A stretch of DNA of 64,000 nt, from NCBI GenBank assembly GCA_036405175.1, contig DASWYC010000002.1, positions 603,373 through 667,372 on the forward strand. Direction: 5' to 3'. The translations under genes and the position numbers were made by a program. Positions 9,759 to 18,765 of the stretch are shown one piece after another; positions within the stretch are counted from its first letter, which is position 1, and each line of letters opens with the position of its first letter. The notes below the pieces were generated by a model. It saw nothing but the letters and a program-made list of their open reading frames with translations, had not been told where the DNA came from and searched no databases. Origin of the DNA: Minisyncoccota bacterium. Lineage in GTDB: Bacteria > Patescibacteriota > Minisyncoccia > Phycocordibacterales > UBA1006.

Positions 9759-12110
9759 ATGAAACCAGCCCCTATTGTACTTATTGATGCCTACGCGTTG
9801 CTTCATCGCGGATATCACGCATTTCCTCATCTTTCTACGCCAGAAGGCTTTCCAACGGGAGCACTCTATGGATTTACGGCCATGATCGTGCGGATCATTG
9901 AAAAATACGATCCAAAAGACGTTTTGGTGTGTTTTGATATGCCGGAGGAGACGTTTCGCCATGTTGCGTATGAGCAGTATAAGGCGGGCCGTCTAGAGAC
10001 CGATGAGTCTCTTAAGGTTCAGCTTCAAGAAGCACATAATCTTGCGCGTGCGTTCGGTTTTTTAGTCTACGAGAGCCCTTCTTTTGAAGCGGACGATTTA
10101 CTTGGAACACTCGCTGAGCAGCTCAAAAAATCGTATGACGGACAGATTATTATTGCCACCGGTGATAAAGATGCTCTTCAATTAATTGATGGCGAAAAGG
10201 TGGTGGTGTACACCTACAAGAAAACCACCAAAGATACTATTTTATATACCGAAGACGAAGTGCTCAAGGACTTTGGCTATACACCGACACAAGTTCCCGA
10301 TTATAAAGGTCTTGCAGGAGATTCATCAGATAATATTCCCGGCATCAAGGGAATTGGTGAAAAAACTGCCTGCAAGTTGTTGCAAAAATTTGGGAGCATT
10401 GAGCACATGTATGAAGTGCTTGAATCAGGCGATGAGGAAGCATTTACCAGTATTGGGGTAAAGGGTGTTTCTCTTCAAAAGGTAAAAGAAGGTAAAGAAG
10501 ATGCGCTCTTTTCAAAAGTAATTGCAACCATTCGCAGAGATGCACCGGTGAGTTACTCGGAAACGGTAACGTGGAAAGAGCGTGCAAAACCTCAGGAAGT
10601 ATTTAGCTATCTTGGAAAATACTACTTTAAATCAATGCTTAATCAATTTAGAACCTATTTTGGCGAACAGTCTGCTGCAGCAGAAAGTTACGATATTGAT
10701 CCGCTGCTCTTTAAAAAAGCTCAGGTTGCTTATTGGCTTTTGGATTCTCAGCAAACCAATCCAAATATTTTAGACATGCAGTTTTTGACCCACAAGCAAA
10801 CTGTCGAAGAAATTCTTGAAGTGCTTGAACAAAAATTAAAAGATCAAAATTTGTTTGAAGTCTACATAGAAATTGAAGTGCCACTTATTCCAATTTTGGC
10901 AGCGATGAAAGAGCGAGGAATCATGATTGATAGAAAACATTTTGAAGATCTTAAAGTTGAATTTGAAACCAAGATTGCAGAATTAGAGCAGAAAATTCAA
11001 AGTTATGCCGAAGGAAAGATTATCAACATTCGTTCACCAAAACAGGTAGGGGAATTGTTGTTTGATATTCTCAAATTACCTGCTAAATATGTTAAAAAAA
11101 CAGCCACCGGTGAGCGTTCAACGAATGAAAAGGAGCTTTTAAAGATGAAAGACGTGCATCCGGTAATTGATTTATTGCTCGAGTATCGCTTTGCGGAAAA
11201 AATGCGCTCAACGTATATTGAAACGTTGCCGCAAACTGCTGATGAAAACGCCGTGATTCATAGTGATCTTATCCAAACAGGAGCATCAACAGGGCGTTTT
11301 GCATCGGCAAACCCAAATCTTCAAAATATCCCAATTCGTAATGACTCGGCAAAACTTATCCGTGGTGGATTTATTGCACGTCCTGGCTATACGTTTTTAG
11401 CAGCAGACTATTCTCAGATTGAGTTGCGCATTGCGGCTATTTTGTCGGGTGATTCTAACTTAATTGAAATCTTTAAACGCGGAGAAGATGTTCATGCGGG
11501 AGTTGCATCGCGTGTGTTTAATAAGCCGCTTAATGAAGTGACCCTTGATGAGCGTCGCAAAGCAAAGGTGATTAACTTTGGAATTGTATATGGAATGGGT
11601 GTAAGTGCGCTGATGGAAAATCTTAAAACTACTCGTGCGGAGGCTCAGCTTTTCTATGATCAATATAAAAGTACGTTTCCGGTTTTGATGAGTTTTATGG
11701 AGGGAACCAAAAGAAGTGCCGAGGAAACAGGGTATACACTTACATTCTTTGGACGCCGCTGCAACTTTAAAGATCTTAAATCAAAAATGCCGTATGTAAA
11801 AGCAATGGCGGAGCGCATGGCGGCTAACGCACCAATTCAAGGAACGGCAACCGCTGATCTTATTAAATTGGCGCTTAGATTTGTATGGGAAGAAATCACT
11901 CAAAAGTATGGGGAAGATATTTGTATGCCACTTCTGCAGATTCATGATGAATTGTTGTTTGAGGTACAGCTTGGCAAAGAAGATGAGATTGGAAAGAAGA
12001 TCAAGGAAGTGATGGAAAGTGTTTTTGAAAAGTCGTATAAAAAGTACAAGTCTGTGGTGCCAATTTTGGTTGATGTACATACGGGAACCTCGTGGGATAA
12101 GCTTAAATAA
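9759..12110 (+). CDS. polA: DNA polymerase I (5'-3' exonuclease plus polymerase; proofreading region reduced)
   Basis: EADDLLGTL, TGDKD, GDSSDNIPGIKGIGEKTA, TGRFASANPNLQNIP, ADYSQIELR, AKVINFGIVYG, QIHDELLFE. Confidence 0.97.
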   Translation: MKPAPIVLIDAYALLHRGYHAFPHLSTPEGFPTGALYGFTAMIVRIIEKYDPKDVLVCFDMPEETFRHVAYEQYKAGRLETDESLKVQLQEAHNLARAFGFLVYESPSFEADDLLGTLAEQLKKSYDGQIIIATGDKDALQLIDGEKVVVYTYKKTTKDTILYTEDEVLKDFGYTPTQVPDYKGLAGDSSDNIPGIKGIGEKTACKLLQKFGSIEHMYEVLESGDEEAFTSIGVKGVSLQKVKEGKEDALFSKVIATIRRDAPVSYSETVTWKERAKPQEVFSYLGKYYFKSMLNQFRTYFGEQSAAAESYDIDPLLFKKAQVAYWLLDSQQTNPNILDMQFLTHKQTVEEILEVLEQKLKDQNLFEVYIEIEVPLIPILAAMKERGIMIDRKHFEDLKVEFETKIAELEQKIQSYAEGKIINIRSPKQVGELLFDILKLPAKYVKKTATGERSTNEKELLKMKDVHPVIDLLLEYRFAEKMRSTYIETLPQTADENAVIHSDLIQTGASTGRFASANPNLQNIPIRNDSAKLIRGGFIARPGYTFLAADYSQIELRIAAILSGDSNLIEIFKRGEDVHAGVASRVFNKPLNEVTLDERRKAKVINFGIVYGMGVSALMENLKTTRAEAQLFYDQYKSTFPVLMSFMEGTKRSAEETGYTLTFFGRRCNFKDLKSKMPYVKAMAERMAANAPIQGTATADLIKLALRFVWEEITQKYGEDICMPLLQIHDELLFEVQLGKEDEIGKKIKEVMESVFEKSYKKYKSVVPILVDVHTGTSWDKLK

Positions 12111-12113
12111 TAT

Positions 12114-12731
12114 ATGGTGTTTTATAAAGATCGCGCATTATTAGCAGGGAAGTATGGTGTTGCCTTTGGTGCTCGTGTAATGAGTGAAGATGTGAGCGTG
12201 CAAGATATTGTTCATGCACTTCAAGAACAAGATATGTTTGGAGAACAGCTTTCTTTTGATATTGAAAAAGATTTTGTTGAATGTACTGATAATGAGATGT
12301 TGATGGATATTTTGAAAAGTACTTCGCACGCCATTTGGTGGTACTCATCAAAAAAGCCAAATATTGCAGGAATAACGTGGCTTGAAGCAGCTCAGCAAAA
12401 GCCGTCATTTAATATTTTTGATTTTGTAGATTTGGTGGTAGCTCGTAATAAAAAAGATGCATGGTTGTATTATCAGCATCATTTAATCCATCAAGAATTA
12501 GCAGAAGTAATTCCAAGTGTATTATGGGGATTTAAATCACTTTTTAACGTAATAATCGGCGAGGCGGAGGGAATGAGTCCATTTGTGATAAATAAAATGA
12601 AAAAACAAAGTATAAAATGGACCCCAGAAGAAGTGGTAAAAAAACAAGCTGAAATGATTGAAATATATGAAGGAGAAATTGAGGGTAAAAATAGTGCTCG
12701 CATGTTTGAGCAGTTTCTGCTTACTTTATAG
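12114..12731 (+). CDS. holA: DNA polymerase III delta subunit-like protein (degenerate)
   Basis: FNIFDFVDLVVARNKKDAW...GMSPFVINK...EQFLLTL resembles the HolA C-terminus; follows polA. Confidence 0.6.
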   Translation: MVFYKDRALLAGKYGVAFGARVMSEDVSVQDIVHALQEQDMFGEQLSFDIEKDFVECTDNEMLMDILKSTSHAIWWYSSKKPNIAGITWLEAAQQKPSFNIFDFVDLVVARNKKDAWLYYQHHLIHQELAEVIPSVLWGFKSLFNVIIGEAEGMSPFVINKMKKQSIKWTPEEVVKKQAEMIEIYEGEIEGKNSARMFEQFLLTL

Positions 12732-12825
12732 GCATCATAACGTATTCTCACTCAGGTAAAATCCATAATGAGTGAGAATAATATGCATGATGCGTCCAAC
12801 ATCATGAGGCTCAAAATTTTGAGGC

Positions 12826-13099
12826 AAAAAAAATCCTCGATATTTAGCTAAAATAGTTGAGGAAGTTTTTTATAACAAAAAATAAATACTAGAGCTCAAG
12901 GAGTTCCTAAAATCATGTTGATATCAGGAGGTCGTCACATGTTGGGCTTTAAGTCACCTTATTAATTTGTATAAAGAACTTCACTAAATAACTAAAACCG
13001 TTGTAAGAATTAATTTATATGGCCAAAAACGATGGCGTCGTTATTCTCACTGAAGCTTTGCTTCCTTAAGAGTATAGCAAATAAAACTTGGAGTGTAAG
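12826..13099 (-). ncRNA. Putative sRNA transcription unit of about 240 nt
   Basis: Minus-strand CTTACA-17-TGcTATACT promoter (13071-13099) and hairpin plus T8 terminator (12826-12862); no ATG-started ORF longer than 6 codons on that strand. Confidence 0.4.
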
Positions 13100-13141
13100 A
13101 TGTGGAAAAAGAAAATCACCAGCTTACTGGTGATTTTCTTT

Positions 13142-13315
13142 TTAATATCCTAAGTGGAAGTATTCTTTTAATGTTTTTTCCCAAGTTGGATGGAGAGTAA
13201 CCATAATAGCCATTGCGGGTACTACCAAAATAGAAAGAATCACAAACACAATAAGTTTCCACGCAAAGGTAAGTGCTTCAATAATAGGATTTTGAGGATC
13301 TTTTGCATCTGCCAT
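13142..13315 (-). CDS. Small membrane protein, 57 aa (not in ORF track)
   Basis: MADAKDPQNPIIEALTFAWKLIVFVILSILVVPAMAIMVTLHPTWEKTLKEYFHLGY; GAGG upstream; 9 nt after the trmH-family stop; terminator at about 13110-13143. Confidence 0.7.
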   Translation of the reverse strand: MADAKDPQNPIIEALTFAWKLIVFVILSILVVPAMAIMVTLHPTWEKTLKEYFHLGY

Positions 13316-13324
13316 ACCGCCTCA

Positions 13325-13807
13325 TTATATATCAAATAAGCGATAGAGCACAATTGCGCCCGCAACCGAGACATTGAGCGACTCCTTTTCTCCTCGTTGA
13401 GGGAGTTCAAGAATAGTTGTTGAAGCTTGAAGAAACTCTTGTGAGACACCTTCAACCTCTGCACCCAACACAAGAGCTATATTCTCTGAAGGCGCATAAG
13501 ACTTATAATCAATTGAGCGATCAGACTGCTCAATGCTCACAACCTCATAACCGTGGGCGCGAAGAGCCTTAAGTAATTCCTGAGCAGTTTCAAAATAATG
13601 AGTCTGTACGGTATTTTCTGCGCCAAGTGAAATCTTAATAAAGTCTTTCCGAGGGCGACCATATCTGTCATAAGGAGGAGGGGTTGTGCCAACAAGGCAC
13701 GCTGTAAAGATACCCAAGCAATCCATGGTGCGGTACAGCGATGCCACATTTTGTACACTGCGAAGGTTGTCAAAGACCACAATCGGTCCTTTTGGGTTGA
13801 AATTCAT
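13325..13807 (-). CDS. SpoU/TrmH family RNA methyltransferase
   Basis: DNLRSVQNVASLYRT, LVLGAEVEGV, LPQRGEKESLNVSVA SPOUT motifs. Confidence 0.92.
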   Translation of the reverse strand: MNFNPKGPIVVFDNLRSVQNVASLYRTMDCLGIFTACLVGTTPPPYDRYGRPRKDFIKISLGAENTVQTHYFETAQELLKALRAHGYEVVSIEQSDRSIDYKSYAPSENIALVLGAEVEGVSQEFLQASTTILELPQRGEKESLNVSVAGAIVLYRLFDI

Positions 13808-13845
13808 GCCCTTTTGTTGTATAGTAAACAGCGACTCACGTCAAT

Positions 13846-13918
13846 GTCCCTATAGCTCAGCTGGTAGAGCAGCGGCCTTTTAAGCCGACGGTCGAAGGTT
13901 CGATCCCTTCTGGGGACA
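13846..13918 (+). tRNA. tRNA-Lys(TTT)
   Basis: Acceptor GTCCCTA/TGGGGAC, anticodon loop CTTTTAA, GGTTCGATCC T-arm. Confidence 0.95.
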
Positions 13919-13938
13919 CACTGTATATACAGTAGAAT

Positions 13939-14604
13939 ATGGAAAACAGCATCAACGATTTTGCTTCTAAAGAAAAACCAATAAAAGTATTCACTCAAAG
14001 AAACAGTAATACCAAAATTACCTGTGAGTTTTTTGATAAGTACTTTATTTATCAATTTAAGGAGGATTATGGCGAAGAAAAGACGCTCAAGATTTTTTAC
14101 GCAAGTGTTGATATTCTCACGGGCCCTACTACTCAAACACAAGTGAATAATGCTGCAACGTTGGTGACGCTTGTGTTATTTATGACCGTTATTACGGTTT
14201 CACTCTTAGATCCGTTGGAGCGCCTCGCTGAGGGAAGAGGACTCTATTTTATGATTAAGATTGCCATTTTATTGTGGTTTTTGTTACGTTGGATTACGCG
14301 AACGAGTTCGTATCACTTAAGCTATGGAGAAGGAGGAGGAATTGTCTTTTTTAGAAATGGTGATATTTTTAGACGCAAAAAGTATAAAGAACAAGCACGT
14401 GACGCAGTGAGTTTTATCATAGATAAGGCAAAAGAAATTACCAAATCAGATCTTTTGGAGACCTATCGAGATCAGGATGATCAAAATGCCAAAAAGCATA
14501 TTCTTAAAATAATGAAGAATAATGAGTTGATTACCGAAGAAGAGGTGGCGACTTTGGAGGCAGAGAATAAAGATATTAAAATTTCGGGATTTTCACAAGA
14601 ATAA
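13939..14604 (+). CDS. Hypothetical membrane protein (2 TM)
   Basis: 221 aa ORF with two hydrophobic helices, directly 3' of tRNA-Lys. Confidence 0.7.
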   Translation: MENSINDFASKEKPIKVFTQRNSNTKITCEFFDKYFIYQFKEDYGEEKTLKIFYASVDILTGPTTQTQVNNAATLVTLVLFMTVITVSLLDPLERLAEGRGLYFMIKIAILLWFLLRWITRTSSYHLSYGEGGGIVFFRNGDIFRRKKYKEQARDAVSFIIDKAKEITKSDLLETYRDQDDQNAKKHILKIMKNNELITEEEVATLEAENKDIKISGFSQE

Positions 14605-14696
14605 AGATGGAGAATTGACAAAAGGAATGAAGGATTTTATAGTATCTAAAAATTCTTTAAAATAAATCATTCACCCTTAAAACTTTTTGCTTATTC

Positions 14697-15320
14697 ATGA
14701 AAGATAGAAGCCCTAGTAGATCGGTAAAGAAAAAGTACTTTCCACCCTTTGTTGCTGCCGTAGAAAAACTTCAAAATATGCCAGAATTTTGGCAAGCACT
14801 GGATAAGGGACTTTATAAGAAGGAAATAGTTAATGATTTGAATCTCTTTTACTTGTTTACAGAATATTCTGAAAAAGGCATTTTATTTCTTATTGGCGCT
14901 GCCTTGCAAGGAAACAGTGATCCTCAAAAAGGTATTTGCTTTGAAGGTATCTCTAAAGATAAACAGGAATCCTATAGAAGCTTGGTGGCTAAGAGGGTTT
15001 CAGGCACACAATCATTTATCAACAACATCAAAAATCCTGGTTTTAAAAAGGGTGCACCAGCAACTTTTCAAGCATCATATTCTGGGGTTAGGGCTCGGCA
15101 AGGGTATCGGCTATTTCGAGGAATAGAAAATAAGTTTCTATTGGATTGTTTAAGTAATCCACTATATAGAAATCCTCGAGGTCTGTTATCTATTAAGAAG
15201 ATAACTAACGAATTAAATAAAAGATACAACAGCACCATGCCGCGGATTAAAAAAAGCATTGATTCGAAGCTGACCAGAATAAGAAAGAAAATAAAAACAC
15301 AAAAAGCGAATGCTGCCTGA
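14697..15320 (+). CDS. Hypothetical basic protein (orphan unit)
   Basis: 207 aa, Lys/Arg-rich; promoter TTGACA-17-TATAGT (14615-14643); terminator at about 15329-15362. Confidence 0.65.
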   Translation: MKDRSPSRSVKKKYFPPFVAAVEKLQNMPEFWQALDKGLYKKEIVNDLNLFYLFTEYSEKGILFLIGAALQGNSDPQKGICFEGISKDKQESYRSLVAKRVSGTQSFINNIKNPGFKKGAPATFQASYSGVRARQGYRLFRGIENKFLLDCLSNPLYRNPRGLLSIKKITNELNKRYNSTMPRIKKSIDSKLTRIRKKIKTQKANAA

Positions 15321-15353
15321 TTTGTTAGAAAATAGCCACGACACGACGGTGGT

Positions 15354-15394
15354 TATTTTTTTGTGCCGTAACTATATCCGTTAAAGAAGGGGCA
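15354..15394 (-). pseudogene. Internally deleted remnant of tRNA-Arg(CCT)
   Basis: The blocks TTTTTTGTGCC, TATATCCGTT and AGGGGCA occur in the same order as in the tRNA at 16811-16890. Confidence 0.55.
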
Positions 15395-15535
15395 CTGTTG
15401 ACATGTACATATATATGTGATAATATATTTTTAATCTTGTTTCATGACGACAAGTAAAAGATGTGGTGTGTGCCATATCCGCATGTGATTAAAAGCATAC
15501 GAAAGTCTAATCTAAATTAAAAATTCAATTTAAAA

Positions 15536-16765
15536 ATGGAAAACAAAACTTTTCTTGAAAAACTAGGCTTCTTTTTGTGGCCTATCGCTGCCAATCTGGG
15601 TGTATTTATGTATCTCCAAAAGACAAGTCTTATCCCAGCTGTTCAATTCATTGTAAGTGGGGTAATAGGTATTCTTTTGGTATTAATTTCAATTCGTCGT
15701 AGAAATGATGAGTTGAATGAAAGTATAGAGTCAAGTCGAGCGGTTACTATCGCTGTTTTTGCCACCATGCTTTTATGCATTCTGGGGAGGCAATTTGTAG
15801 CCTATAAACCCATTAACTTATTAGGCGAGCTTGCTTTTCTGGGAGTTATCCTAATAGGCATTTGTTTCATTTTTGTCGCCTCAGACGAATCTGTCGAAAA
15901 AGACTATGGGATATCTCATTACCTCAGTAAATCTGCAGCAATATTTGCTGTTGTGGGACTAATTCACGAAGCATATTGCTACTTCGGAACTCAATTTATA
16001 TGGGTGCCATTGATTTGTTTTTTCTGTTGCATGGTTCTTTTAAAGGGAGATGAAATCATCAATGATATTCTTAGCGACCATGCTCCAAAAATGATGACAA
16101 TGCTAATTGCTATTGGTGTAGTTAGTACACTCTATCAGTTTTGGTTTACCAGGCTATTCTCAGGTCCAATGTTATGGGAGGCTTTACTTGGTATGGCCAC
16201 CTCTATCATAATAGTTGGCATATTTCTGTTCATTGCTCGAAACATTCGAAGAAATGAGGAGAAAAAAAGAAAAGATAGTCTAAATACTCGTAAGCAGGAA
16301 GAAGATGAAAAGGATAGAGGGTTAAAGGAAAAAAAGAAGCAGGAAGATGTCGCTAAGTACTATGCTGAACTAAAAGAGGAATCTCCGAGTTGGGACAGTA
16401 TTCTATTTATTGCAGCCAATGTTCAGTGGAGAAGTGACAGTGATGCATACCAGGTTCTGGTTGAAGCAATTAGGAAAAAGAGTTTATCTGTTTTAATTAC
16501 TTCATCACAAGTAAAAGAACAAATGTTCTGGAAGGGTAATTCATTGGAAGATGCCCTGAAATTCGTTAATGATCTTTTTGACTTTTCATCTGATGATGAG
16601 ACTCTAAAGATGCTCATAGAAAAGTATAAAGAATTTAATTCTTTTATTGAAAGTCACAAGGACCTGAAAGGCTATGAAGCCTTACAGAAAAACTCAGGCA
16701 ATCTTTGCTCGTCAATTGTGAGTATCGCCAAGAAAGATGTTAAAAAAGAAGTTGTTGAAGTTTAA
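15536..16765 (+). CDS. Hypothetical polytopic membrane protein (about 8 TM plus soluble C-terminal domain)
   Basis: 409 aa; promoter TTGACA-17-TAATAT (15398-15426); terminator at about 16787-16816. Confidence 0.75.
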   Translation: MENKTFLEKLGFFLWPIAANLGVFMYLQKTSLIPAVQFIVSGVIGILLVLISIRRRNDELNESIESSRAVTIAVFATMLLCILGRQFVAYKPINLLGELAFLGVILIGICFIFVASDESVEKDYGISHYLSKSAAIFAVVGLIHEAYCYFGTQFIWVPLICFFCCMVLLKGDEIINDILSDHAPKMMTMLIAIGVVSTLYQFWFTRLFSGPMLWEALLGMATSIIIVGIFLFIARNIRRNEEKKRKDSLNTRKQEEDEKDRGLKEKKKQEDVAKYYAELKEESPSWDSILFIAANVQWRSDSDAYQVLVEAIRKKSLSVLITSSQVKEQMFWKGNSLEDALKFVNDLFDFSSDDETLKMLIEKYKEFNSFIESHKDLKGYEALQKNSGNLCSSIVSIAKKDVKKEVVEV

Positions 16766-16817
16766 TGTGAATTTATATTATTTGGAATAAGAGAAGCTAT
16801 ACTTCTCTTATTTTTTG

Positions 16818-16889
16818 TGCCCACGGGCGGAATTGAACCACCAATAACTCCTTAGGACGGAGCAGTTATATCCGTTTAACTACAGGGGC
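16818..16889 (-). tRNA. tRNA-Arg(CCT)
   Basis: Reverse complement GCCCCTGTAGTTAAACGGATATAAC..anticodon loop GTCCTAA..GGTTCAATTCC..GTGGGCA. Confidence 0.9.
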
Positions 16890-16984
16890 AGTAAAGTGAG
16901 TATAGCAGAAACATCTCTGGCATCAACACGGTTTTTCACTGTACGCAAGAGAGGTGAATTTACTATGAACGTATCCATAAAGAA

Positions 16985-17575
16985 TCACCTCATGTTTTTA
17001 GCAAGGTTCTTCATTCCTTCACGCATAACCAACGAAAGCGTCATTGAATCATCAATAGACATATTGGTGAGCACTTCTTTAACCAAAGCTTCTTCATACC
17101 CAAGTGACACCAATGCTTCAAACGCCTCATGATAAAGCGGATTAGTAACGGTGTTGGTGATAGCTTCTTGGTGATCTTCGGCAAATGAGTAGAGCTCAAT
17201 AATTGTTTTTTCTGCAGTCTTCTTACCGATGCCAGGTGTCTTGGCGAGCATGGCTGCATCTTTACCAATAAGTGCGCGCAGTAATCCTGAAACTCCCAAG
17301 TTAGACAAGATTGAAAGTGCGGATTTGGGTCCAAGACCAGAAACACTCATGAGTTTTTTAAAAACAGTTCGCTCAAAGCCATCAATAAATCCATAGAGTT
17401 CATGAGCATCATCTTTTATAACAAGGTGGGTATATAAATATATGTTTGAGGGAATAGTCGAAAGAGCGGTTTCTTTGGTGCAGAATACGCCGTAGGTAAG
17501 GCCTGATGGGGTCTCAATGGATATTTTCGAGGTAAAATCGGTATCAATAGCGATTCCAGCAATGCGTTCTATCAT
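16985..17575 (-). CDS. ruvA: Holliday junction DNA-binding protein RuvA
   Basis: LYTHLVIKDDAHELYGF, VSGLGPKSALSIL, PGIGKKTAEK, EALVSLGY. Confidence 0.95.
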   Translation of the reverse strand: MIERIAGIAIDTDFTSKISIETPSGLTYGVFCTKETALSTIPSNIYLYTHLVIKDDAHELYGFIDGFERTVFKKLMSVSGLGPKSALSILSNLGVSGLLRALIGKDAAMLAKTPGIGKKTAEKTIIELYSFAEDHQEAITNTVTNPLYHEAFEALVSLGYEEALVKEVLTNMSIDDSMTLSLVMREGMKNLAKNMR

Positions 17576-17617
17576 GGAATAAGTGTAGCAAAAAAGCGGC
17601 GGAGGTGCATTTGGAAT

Positions 17618-17664
17618 GGCGGCTCATTCTTCTAAAATCGCAGTAAATAGAAGAATGAGCCGCC
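17618..17664. repeat. 17-bp perfect inverted repeat
   Basis: GGCGGCTCATTCTTCTA-N13-TAGAAGAATGAGCCGCC between the divergent ruvA and rpsT genes. Confidence 0.85.
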
Positions 17665-17778
17665 TGATATTTACAAATCACACAAAATACGGTACTCTAG
17701 TACTGTTCGCCAATGGTATAGGTGGCTTGTCTCAGCACCTATGCGTTACTAGGTAAACTAATATATTGAACCAATAGT

Positions 17779-18039
17779 ATGCCAATTCTAGCATCAGGAA
17801 AAAAACGAAATCGCCAAAGCATTAAGCGTCGCGAGTCAAATGACAAGCGCCGTCGTGCAATGCGTGAAGCAGTTAAAGAGGTAAAAGATCTTACCAAATC
17901 AGCTGCATCAACCGCGGTTGAAAAACTTCCAAAAGCATTCAAGACTATCGACAAGGCTGCAAAGCAGGGAATCATCAACAAGAAAGCAGCAGCCCGCAAA
18001 AAGTCACGTCTTGCTAAAAAACTCGCAACAACTAAATAA
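17779..18039 (+). CDS. rpsT: 30S ribosomal protein S20
   Basis: IDKAAKQGIINKKAAARKKSRLAK signature. Confidence 0.97.
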   Translation: MPILASGKKRNRQSIKRRESNDKRRRAMREAVKEVKDLTKSAASTAVEKLPKAFKTIDKAAKQGIINKKAAARKKSRLAKKLATTK

Positions 18040-18053
18040 GTTGCTGAGAATAG

Positions 18054-18086
18054 AAAAGAGTCGCACCGCCAGGTGCGACTCTTTTT
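18054..18086 (+). terminator. Intrinsic terminator of rpsT
   Basis: AAAAGAGTCGCACC-gcca-GGTGCGACTCTTTT. Confidence 0.85.
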
Positions 18087-18145
18087 AATTTCTCACCATT
18101 GACTTAGTCCATGGCTGTATTATGATGCAATTAATAAACCTTAAA

Positions 18146-18685
18146 ATGATGATACAGACACTACTCTTTGTTACTTTAGTAATTTTATTATTGGCGTTTA
18201 TTTACTGGTATCTTATTGTAGAAATCAAAAAATATTTTATTCGCCAACAAGTAAATCTACTCGAAGCTCAAGATTCATTTATTGGGCTTACTCCTGAATA
18301 TATTAACCACTTAAGATTCCAAGAAGATAAAGCATTGGGTATCTTGGTTAATAAAAAGAAGATGTTACTTTTATTAATCTTTATTGCGGTTGTATTGCTA
18401 TCTCTTGCGGCATTCATAGCATTACCGTTAGTGGTAGATGATGCATTCAAGGTGATTAATCTCATTTCCAAATCTATTTACTGGAGTATTTGCGCAAGCA
18501 ACATACTAGCCTTTAGTGCTATTTATGATTATCATATTCGCAACTTTCCTCGCTATATGAAAGAAGGTGAGGTGAAGTATAACGAAATGCTTGAAAAAGC
18601 GGAGCAAGCCAAAAAACAAGTAAGTATGGAGTCGCTGTTTGGAAAGCCTTCCAAAAATGAAGATGAGGATCTGGCAGAGTTTTGA
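18146..18685 (+). CDS. Hypothetical membrane protein (3 TM, orphan unit)
   Basis: Promoter TTGACT-16-TATGAT (18099-18126), leader AAACCTTAAA-ATG; hydrophobic helices. Confidence 0.7.
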   Translation: MMIQTLLFVTLVILLLAFIYWYLIVEIKKYFIRQQVNLLEAQDSFIGLTPEYINHLRFQEDKALGILVNKKKMLLLLIFIAVVLLSLAAFIALPLVVDDAFKVINLISKSIYWSICASNILAFSAIYDYHIRNFPRYMKEGEVKYNEMLEKAEQAKKQVSMESLFGKPSKNEDEDLAEF

Positions 18686-18765
18686 TAGGGTGCATTGTAA
18701 GATGTGCCTTTTATCTTGCTCATTTTTTCATAAGTATGCTACGCTTACTTCATACTTATATAACG

